This document shows, in pieces, positions 56,501 through 64,000 of a stretch of DNA of 64,000 bases. Below the pieces are notes generated by a model. That model searched no databases and had not been told where the DNA came from. It saw only the letters and a program-made list of their open reading frames with translations. The DNA lies in NCBI RefSeq assembly GCF_055900595.2, contig NZ_CM148325.1, one strand, 5' to 3'. Both the position numbers and the translations under genes were made by a program. Positions within the stretch are counted from its first letter, which is position 1. Every line of letters starts with the position of its first letter.

Positions 56501-57382
56501 TTAATTCTTACGACCGGTAATGCGGCACCACTCTTCTTTTTCCACGACCGGGTCCAGAGCGAAGCTGTCGGCATAAGCTTCACAAACGCTCTCTGCCTGG
56601 CTTGCCAGAATACCGGAAAGGCCCAGCAAGCCACCTGAAACCGGCAGGACGCTGATTAACGGTGCCAGTTCACGTAATGGGCCTGCAAGGATGTTAGCGA
56701 CCACCACGTCGGCTTTCATTTCTTCTGGCTGATCTTTAGGTAGGTAGAGTTCCAGACGGTCAGAAACGCCATTACGTTCGGCGTTGTCGCGGCTGGCCTG
56801 AATCGCCTGCGGATCAATATCAATACCAATGGCTTTTGCTGCACCCAGTTTCAGCGCCGCGATAGCCAGAATGCCGGAACCGCAGCCAAAGTCGATGACT
56901 GTTTTACCGGTTAAATCGAGGCTGTCGAGCCATTGCAGGCACAGAGAGGTGGTTGGATGAGTCCCTGTACCAAACGCCAGCCCTGGGTCTAACATCACGT
57001 TAACGGCGTTTTCGTCCGGCACATCACGCCAGCTTGGGCAGATCCACAGTCGTTCACCAAAGCGCATCGGGTGGAAATTATCCATCCATTCGCGCTCCCA
57101 GTCTTTATCTTCCAGTTGTTCGATTTTGTGCGCGAAGCCTGCGCCGAGCAGCGGATGATTCTCCAGAATCGCCACCACGTCGTTCATATCGGTTTCAGCA
57201 TCGAACAGACCAATCACATCGGTGTCGCCCCACAGGCGCGTTTCGCCCGGAAGCGGCTCAAATACAGGCGTATCGTGGGTATCCTGAAAAGTGATAGAAA
57301 CGGCACCCGCTTCCATCAGCGCATCGCTAAGTTCTTCAGCATTCGCGCCGGTAGTGTTCAGTTTCAGTTGGATCCAAGGCAT
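56501..57382 (-). CDS. prmA: Ribosomal protein L11 methyltransferase PrmA (293 aa)
   Basis: [60 protein letters not shown]...; SAM-binding GxGxG ([10 protein letters not shown]). Confidence 0.96.
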   Translation of the reverse strand: MPWIQLKLNTTGANAEELSDALMEAGAVSITFQDTHDTPVFEPLPGETRLWGDTDVIGLFDAETDMNDVVAILENHPLLGAGFAHKIEQLEDKDWEREWMDNFHPMRFGERLWICPSWRDVPDENAVNVMLDPGLAFGTGTHPTTSLCLQWLDSLDLTGKTVIDFGCGSGILAIAALKLGAAKAIGIDIDPQAIQASRDNAERNGVSDRLELYLPKDQPEEMKADVVVANILAGPLRELAPLISVLPVSGGLLGLSGILASQAESVCEAYADSFALDPVVEKEEWCRITGRKN

Positions 57383-57393
57383 GGCAAAACTCT

Positions 57394-58845
57394 TTATTTA
57401 TCAGTAGTCAAAACGGTAGCTTGCGGGACGGATGTACCGAAACGGTTTCCGACCAGGAAAGCCAGCAAACTTAGTAGTAACGAGGGCACGATAGGGTGGA
57501 AGCCCAGGTACTGAATATTCAGCGTCGCGAGTACGGCATACAGTACGCCGCCAACGATCATCGCACTTAGCGCGCCTTTGGCGTTGGCGCGTTCCCAGTA
57601 AAGACCCAGCACCAGCGGCCACAGGAAAACGGCTTCCAGCCCACCGAAGGCCAGCAAATTCAGCCAGATGATCATTTCTGGTGGCTTCCAGGCGGCAAGC
57701 AGCAGCAACGCACCGAGAACCAACGTGATCACCGCCGACATCCGCTTCAGACGCGTCTCGTTTTGCATTTGATCCGGACGGATATTCAGATAGAGATCTT
57801 TAATGATCGTAGCGGAACTTTGCAGCAACTGGGCATTGATCGTCGACATGATCGCAGCCATAGGTGCAGCCAGGAAGATCCCGGCAGCAAACGGTGGCAG
57901 CACTTTTACCATCAACGTCGGGATCACCAGGTCCGGTACGGTGAGATCGGGGATCACCGCCCGACCTAACGCTCCGGCCAGGTGCATACCGAACATCAGG
58001 ATTGCGACCACAATCGTACCGATGATGATCCCCCGATGTACGGCTTTGCTGTCTTTATAAGAGATACAGCGCACCGCAGTATGCGGCAGGCCAATCACGC
58101 CAAAACACACCAGCACCCAGAACGACGTCATAAACGCAGGTGACAGAATATCGTCAGCGCCTTGTGGCGTAACCAGTTGCGGATCGATGGTTTGCAGCGT
58201 CTCTACTGCATTGCTTAAGCCGCCAGCAGCATGGACTACGCCAATAAGCAGCACAATGGTGCCAATCAGCATCACCAACCCTTGCATGGTGTCGTTCAGC
58301 ACGCTGGCGCGAAAGCCGCCAAAGGCGGTGTAGAGCGCAATGCTGATGCCAAAAATCAGCAAACCTGTTTCATAAGGGATACCCGCCGCGGTTTCCAGCA
58401 GGCGCGCACCGCCGATAAACTGCACGGTCATCGCACCAACGAACGCAACCAGCAAACTCAAACTCGCCAGCCACACCAGCAGGCGACTCTGGTAGCGGGC
58501 AAACAGCATATCGTTCAGCGTCACCGCATTGTAGCGGCGCGCGAGAATCGCGAACTTCTTGCCGAGAATACCGAGCGAAAGCCAGACCGCAGGTAGCTGA
58601 ATCATTGCCAGCAATACCCAACCCAGGCCGTATTTATAAGCAGCTCCTGGCCCGCCGATAAACGAACTGGCACTGATATAGGTCGCGGTGAGCGTCATCG
58701 CCAGCACAATACCGCCCATAGAGCGGCTACCGAGGAAATACTCATTAAGGAAGGTGCCGGTGCTCCGTTTACGCATCGCATAAACAGAGATACCGAACAC
58801 CACCACCAGATAGGCGACCAGCGGTAGAATCACTTCAAGCTGCAT
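57394..58845 (-). CDS. panF: Sodium/pantothenate symporter PanF (483 aa)
   Basis: Start at third codon of ORF ([23 protein letters not shown]...); SSF-family 13-TM transporter. Confidence 0.95.
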   Translation of the reverse strand: MQLEVILPLVAYLVVVFGISVYAMRKRSTGTFLNEYFLGSRSMGGIVLAMTLTATYISASSFIGGPGAAYKYGLGWVLLAMIQLPAVWLSLGILGKKFAILARRYNAVTLNDMLFARYQSRLLVWLASLSLLVAFVGAMTVQFIGGARLLETAAGIPYETGLLIFGISIALYTAFGGFRASVLNDTMQGLVMLIGTIVLLIGVVHAAGGLSNAVETLQTIDPQLVTPQGADDILSPAFMTSFWVLVCFGVIGLPHTAVRCISYKDSKAVHRGIIIGTIVVAILMFGMHLAGALGRAVIPDLTVPDLVIPTLMVKVLPPFAAGIFLAAPMAAIMSTINAQLLQSSATIIKDLYLNIRPDQMQNETRLKRMSAVITLVLGALLLLAAWKPPEMIIWLNLLAFGGLEAVFLWPLVLGLYWERANAKGALSAMIVGGVLYAVLATLNIQYLGFHPIVPSLLLSLLAFLVGNRFGTSVPQATVLTTDK

Positions 58846-59077
58846 CGTCATCCTCCAGCGGGATATCGCGATAGATAAATTTCACCATCGCCCAGCACAG
58901 TCCAATAAACAGCAGCGGCGTCAGGATGCAAGCCATCTCAAACCAGCGTGGAAAGCCGGTAAAACCGGGGGTAACGCCAGGTAAGTAAGCGGCTACTAAC
59001 CATACCGCCAGATAAAAAAGGGTCAGCCCCAGCGCCCAGCGCGCCTCTTTATGGGCCTGAACAAAACGAGTGTCCAC
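58835..59077 (-). CDS. yhdT: Small membrane protein YhdT (80 aa, DUF997)
   Basis: Likely GTG start giving (M)DTRFVQAHKEARWALGLTLFYLAVWLVAAYLPG...; 3' end overlaps panF start. Confidence 0.85.
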   Translation of the reverse strand: MDTRFVQAHKEARWALGLTLFYLAVWLVAAYLPGVTPGFTGFPRWFEMACILTPLLFIGLCWAMVKFIYRDIPLEDDDAA

Positions 59078-59169
59078 GGAAGGGGTCCTCCTCATGGGGG
59101 GATACGAGAAACGGGCAATTCTACGGCAACTCTTCAGGCAGGGAAAATAATCTGACAGAAAATTGCCGT

Positions 59170-60105
59170 TCAGTGCTGCCGCAAAAAGTCTTCAATGTCA
59201 GTCAGTGAGGATACCCCTTCCATCGGACCTTGTCGCATTACGGCGAGCGCGCCGCTGGCATTTGCATATTGCAGCGCCTTGTGTGCCGGGATACCGGATA
59301 AGAAAAGAGTGACAAACGTTGCGCCAAAGCAGTCGCCTGCACCCGTTGGATCGATTATTTCGATATCGTGGCCTGCAACATGCTGGGCGTGTAATGTTCC
59401 GTTTTTAAGCTTGTAATAGCTGGCCCCACGCTGGGCGCGTTTTATCGCCACATGTTTTACGCCGCCGTGGAGAAGATCGCTAACAATCTGTTCTTCTGAC
59501 AGATTTTTGTGACGCGCGAAGAAAGGGAGTTCGCTTTCGCTGGGGATAAAAATATCCGTATATTCAATCAAATAATCGAGAGCCTGCGCCATTTCAGGAA
59601 TACTCAGCATCTCTTTGCGAATATTGGGATCGAAAGAAACGGTGCCGCCAGCCGATTTGATCGTCGTTATTGCTTTACGCATGACATCGATCATGCGAAA
59701 TGAGAACAATGATGAGCCCACAATATGCAGATGGTTACACTGTTTTAGCAGATCCTTATCAATGTGCTCGGCAGTAAACAAACCGCAGGCGCTGTTAGGG
59801 ATATTAAAGACGAAATCCCGCTGCTGGGGATTTTGATAACTCACGAATGCCGTACCTGTTACGGCATTGTTCATAACATGGATCCCATCGGTAATGACAC
59901 CTTCATGACGGAGGCGCTCTATAATGAGTCGGCCAAAATCATCATTACCAACACATCCGAAGAAGATGGCCCGATGGGACAGTTTTGCCACCTGAGCAGC
60001 AAAAATTGCTGGTGCACCGCTGGGAAATGGCCCGATAAACTCCCCAGGCTGAGTGAATTTTTGATGTGGGTTGCGGGACAAAAACTCGGCCAGCAATTCG
60101 CCCAT
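59170..60105 (-). CDS. pfkB-family carbohydrate kinase (ribokinase-like fold); substrate unassigned
   Basis: pfkB signature DPTGAGDCFGATF near C-terminus and N-terminal GG-type sugar-binding region; start chosen at internal Met (MGELLAEF...) because the longest ORF (to 60180) would overlap the upstream regulator by 44 bp. Confidence 0.8.
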   Translation of the reverse strand: MGELLAEFLSRNPHQKFTQPGEFIGPFPSGAPAIFAAQVAKLSHRAIFFGCVGNDDFGRLIIERLRHEGVITDGIHVMNNAVTGTAFVSYQNPQQRDFVFNIPNSACGLFTAEHIDKDLLKQCNHLHIVGSSLFSFRMIDVMRKAITTIKSAGGTVSFDPNIRKEMLSIPEMAQALDYLIEYTDIFIPSESELPFFARHKNLSEEQIVSDLLHGGVKHVAIKRAQRGASYYKLKNGTLHAQHVAGHDIEIIDPTGAGDCFGATFVTLFLSGIPAHKALQYANASGALAVMRQGPMEGVSSLTDIEDFLRQH

Positions 60106-60136
60106 AGCGCAGATAGTTATTGTCACAAAACCCCTC

Positions 60137-60967
60137 TCATTCCTGAAGCCTTTCGCGATTGGACCAGGTAAAGCACTCATTACTGGTATAAAGGATAACG
60201 AAATCAGCCGACTGCAATTGTTGCTGATATTGTTCGTTAATGCTGCGGCTGACGATCACATTTTCTGCCTGATGCAAATGTCCAATGGCAGCCGTTGATG
60301 GCGCAGGATCGGCGGCAACGATAACTGTCTTATTCTGGGCATGATCGAAACAGAGCTGCCAGGCAGCGGCAAGTCTGGGAACGTTGATATTTAAAGTACC
60401 ATCAGCATCCAGATGGCTGATTTCCAGAATGCTGTGTGTAATGGTGAAATGCTGAAGTGCCTGTTCGAGCGGTTTTCCGGCCAGTGCGGTGTCGGGGCGC
60501 AGCATTTCACTGCCAGCCAGTATTATTTCGCCATCAATAAACTGATTTGCCAGCAGCGCATGTTCGGGATCGTTGGTGATCAGACGCAGTTTTTTCACTT
60601 CGCTGAGCAATGGAATGATCTTACGGCAGATTGTCCCATGTCCAAGAAATAGCGTGTCACGATCGCGAATTAACCGTGCGCAATGTCGTGCTATTTCCAT
60701 TTGTTGTGCCAGAGACAATGGCGCGATCGGTTGTATCGCTTCTGGTTCAGAGGAGAGGGGGGTCGCAATAGCACCGCCAAATGATCGCTTTAAATATCCC
60801 TGTTGCTCCAGATAACTGAGATCGCCGCGGATCGTCACGCCAGAGACACCAAGTTGCGCAGATAAGTCATCAACTTTGATTTCACCCTGGGCGGCAACAA
60901 TTTCTGCAATTTTTAATCTGCGTTTCAGTAGGTTAGACGATTTTCTCGGCACGTTAACACTCTTCAT
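60137..60967 (-). CDS. DeoR-family transcriptional regulator (276 aa)
   Basis: N-terminal HTH region (RRLKIAEIVAAQGEIKVDDLSAQLGVSGVTIRGDLSYLEQQGYLKRSFGGA) and C-terminal DeoR sugar-phosphate-binding domain; directly upstream of and co-oriented with the kinase. Confidence 0.85.
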   Translation of the reverse strand: MKSVNVPRKSSNLLKRRLKIAEIVAAQGEIKVDDLSAQLGVSGVTIRGDLSYLEQQGYLKRSFGGAIATPLSSEPEAIQPIAPLSLAQQMEIARHCARLIRDRDTLFLGHGTICRKIIPLLSEVKKLRLITNDPEHALLANQFIDGEIILAGSEMLRPDTALAGKPLEQALQHFTITHSILEISHLDADGTLNINVPRLAAAWQLCFDHAQNKTVIVAADPAPSTAAIGHLHQAENVIVSRSINEQYQQQLQSADFVILYTSNECFTWSNRERLQE

Positions 60968-61136
60968 TGGCCTTTAATGCGTAACACTATAGCCCCTTGT
61001 ATTTTTCTTTGAAAGTTATCCTTCAATAATATCGACAATTCGAAAAGGAAATCATGGGCCAGAAATCGCAACGAAAATAGCTTAATGCATTGAAAAATAG
61101 ATGAATTAATTCATATTTATGCAGAGGTGTTATTGG

Positions 61137-61262
61137 TTTCACTTGCAAAGTGAAAAACAAATTAAGTTATTTTTTGTAAGTTATTTTGATGATATTCGAC
61201 ATGTATCACGCTTTTTACCGCTTTTGCTGTGCTAGTTTGCTTTCAAAATGAAAGTGAAGATT
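61137..61262. promoter_or_regulatory. Candidate operator sites: perfect palindrome TTTCACTTgcaAAGTGAAA (61137..61155), palindrome CTTTCAaaaTGAAAG (61240..61254) and repeated AAAGTGAA(A/G) (61147..61155, 61251..61259)
   Basis: Inverted/direct repeats in the A/T-rich divergent region between the DeoR regulator and the aldolase gene, 50-170 bp upstream of the aldolase start. Confidence 0.45.
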
Positions 61263-61281
61263 CTCTTTCTTCATTTTGTAA

Positions 61282-62163
<882 letters not shown>

Positions 62164-62198
62164 GACGTTGTACCCTACAAAAACAATGAGGATTGTTT

Positions 62199-63089
62199 AT
62201 GAAAAATATTAAATTACTTGGTTCCGCTATGATGGTGAGCCTGGCATTGTTCTCGCAAAGTTCATTGGCAAAAGAGTATAAAATTGGAGCTTCATTATTA
62301 ACACAGCAACACCCTTTTTATATCGACCTCGCAAATGCAATGAAAGAAGAGGCGAAAAAAGACAATGTCAATTTAAGTGTCTCTATTGCCAATCAGGATT
62401 TAAACAAACAGCTTTCTGATGTTGAGGATTTTATTACTAAAAAGGTAGATGCCATTATTATCTCTCCGGTCGATTCGAAAGGTGTCCAGGCAGCGATAAT
62501 TAAAGCCGATAAGGCTGGTATTCCCGTTATCACCGTTGACGTTGCCGCGGAAGGCGTTCCGGTCGTATCGCATGTTGCGACCGATAATTACGCGGGTGGC
62601 GTTGAAGCTGGTAAGTTAATGGGCAAACTTTTGAATGGTAAAGGTACTGTAGCCATTATTTCTTATCCTGCACTACAATCGGTGGTTGCACGCGTTGATG
62701 GCTTTAAGAAAGGATTAAGCGATACGCCGGATATTAAAATTGTTGCTGAACAGCCGGGTATAACGCGGGCTGAAGCGTTAACGACTGCGCAAAACATTAT
62801 GCAGGCCAACGCCAACCTGAATGGTCTGTTTGGCTTTGGTGATGATGCGGCGCTGGCGGCGGTTATAGCGGCGAAATCTGCGCATAACGACAACATCAAA
62901 ATCATTGGTTTTGATGGTATGAAAGAAGCGCGAGATGCCGTTGATAGTGAAAAAACGTTTGCGGCCGTGATTCGGCAATATCCCGATCAAATGGGTGCTA
63001 AAGCCATTGATGCCGCTGTTGATCACCTCAATGGTAAACCGGTAGAGAAAATGATCCCGGTACAACCCGGCGTTTATACAGGTAAATAA
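62199..63089 (+). CDS. Periplasmic sugar-binding protein of an ABC transporter (RbsB-like, Peripla_BP family)
   Basis: Signal peptide MKNIKLLGSAMMVSLALFSQSSLA followed by type-I periplasmic binding fold; start taken at third codon of the ORF-track ORF. Confidence 0.85.
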   Translation: MKNIKLLGSAMMVSLALFSQSSLAKEYKIGASLLTQQHPFYIDLANAMKEEAKKDNVNLSVSIANQDLNKQLSDVEDFITKKVDAIIISPVDSKGVQAAIIKADKAGIPVITVDVAAEGVPVVSHVATDNYAGGVEAGKLMGKLLNGKGTVAIISYPALQSVVARVDGFKKGLSDTPDIKIVAEQPGITRAEALTTAQNIMQANANLNGLFGFGDDAALAAVIAAKSAHNDNIKIIGFDGMKEARDAVDSEKTFAAVIRQYPDQMGAKAIDAAVDHLNGKPVEKMIPVQPGVYTGK

Positions 63090-63149
63090 TAAACATCTTC
63101 ATTTCACAACAAAACGTTATCGACGTTTTGTTGTGACACCGAGGTCATT

Positions 63150-64000
63150 ATGACGGATGTTATTCTTGATGTTTCGCATATTGCGAAGACATTTGGTCAT
63201 GTTCAGGCATTAAAAGATATTACACTCTCTTTACGTAAAGGGCGGGTACATACTTTATTAGGTGAGAATGGTGCCGGTAAATCGACATTAATGAAAATAT
63301 TGGCCGGTGTTTATCCGCCAACCCAGGGAACAATAAAACTACGTGGTGAAACTATCACAATTAATAATCCGCAGCATTCACGTCAGTTAGGGATTGCTAT
63401 TATTTTTCAGGAACTGAGCCTGAGTAATAATATGACAGTGGCGGAAAATATTTATGCCAATAATGAACCGCGACGTTTTGGCATTATTAACGATAAAAAA
63501 ATGCTCGCAGATTGCCAGAATCTCCTCGCGGAACTGGGCATCCCACTGGATCCGCTGGAAATGGTCGGCAATATGTCGATGGCACATAGGCAACTGGTAG
63601 AAATTGCCAAAGCCTTAAGCTATGCAGCAGATGTCGTGATTATGGATGAACCGACATCTTCGCTAAGTGATAATGAAGCAGAGATTCTGTTTAACATTAT
63701 TGAGAAATTAAAGCAGCGAGGTTGTGCGGTTATTTATATCTCTCATCGCATGGATGAAATTATGCGGATTTCAGATGATATTTCGGTGATCCGCGACGGT
63801 GAGTATATCGCTACGCATGAAAAGAAAAACAGTGATATCCAGCATTTGATTGCCCAAATGGTTGGTCGGGAAATGAAAAATATTTGGCCAGCACGTCTTG
63901 GGGAAAAGCCGGATGAAAATGTTCCTGCAAAACTGGAAGTAAAAAACCTTTCCCATCCTTCGCTTTTTAAAGAGGTCAGTTTCGCTGTGCGTCCGGGGGA
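63150..64000 (+). CDS. Sugar ABC transporter ATP-binding protein, tandem-NBD RbsA/MglA type; 3' end beyond window
   Basis: MTDVILDVSHIAKTFGHVQALKDITLSLRKGRVHTLLGENGAGKSTLMKILAGV... Walker A, Walker B (VIMDEPTSSL), second NBD beginning near the window end. Confidence 0.88.
   Translation, partial: MTDVILDVSHIAKTFGHVQALKDITLSLRKGRVHTLLGENGAGKSTLMKILAGVYPPTQGTIKLRGETITINNPQHSRQLGIAIIFQELSLSNNMTVAENIYANNEPRRFGIINDKKMLADCQNLLAELGIPLDPLEMVGNMSMAHRQLVEIAKALSYAADVVIMDEPTSSLSDNEAEILFNIIEKLKQRGCAVIYISHRMDEIMRISDDISVIRDGEYIATHEKKNSDIQHLIAQMVGREMKNIWPARLGEKPDENVPAKLEVKNLSHPSLFKEVSFAVRPG

Noticed and set aside
59078-59169. Searched the yhdT-proximal junction of the accessory locus for integration signatures
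   Set aside because: No direct repeats, tRNA or tmRNA gene, integrase or IS terminal inverted repeats were recognisable, so I do not call a mobile element or genomic-island boundary here.

Overview
This window is an Escherichia coli-type chromosomal segment (Escherichia/Shigella 16S; the rpsG allele is the 156-aa non-K-12 form), running from yheS' through the ribosomal-protein superoperons and rrnD to a small accessory sugar locus at the 3' end. All calls are from reading the sequence and ORF track against remembered E. coli proteins and gene order; no database search was run.

Gene order: yheS' (partial) – kefG – kefB – yheV – slyD – slyX – fkpA – yheO – tusDCB – str operon (rpsL, rpsG, fusA, tufA) – bfd – bfr – short prepilin-peptidase ORF – S10 operon – spc operon – alpha operon – yhdN – zntR – arfA – mscL – trkA – rsmB – fmt – def – dprA – smg – yrdD – tsaC – aroE – yrdB – yrdA – rrnD-type operon (16S, tRNA-Ile, tRNA-Ala, 23S, 5S, tRNA-Thr, 5S) – yhdZYXW – yhdV – acrFE – acrS – yhdU – yhdJ – fis – dusB – prmA – panF – yhdT.

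Most of the window is ordinary, highly conserved core genome. Points worth a second look:
- Accessory sugar locus (59.1–64.0 kb): a DeoR regulator, pfkB kinase, GatY/KbaY-like class II aldolase and RbsB/RbsA-like ABC transporter sit where I expect accC–accB after yhdT. Substrate is unknown and the locus runs off the window. This is the best candidate for a poorly described system, but it may well be a known strain-variable locus.
- Candidate operator repeats in the divergent regulator/aldolase promoter region.
- A 1-bp frameshift near the 3' end of kefG.
- A compact tufA–bfd–bfr–rpsJ interval with no chiA or gsp type II secretion cluster, only a 155-aa prepilin-peptidase ORF.
- Duplicated structured modules downstream of the two 5S genes, with compensatory hairpin changes.

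No CRISPR array, IS element, integrase or prophage was seen.
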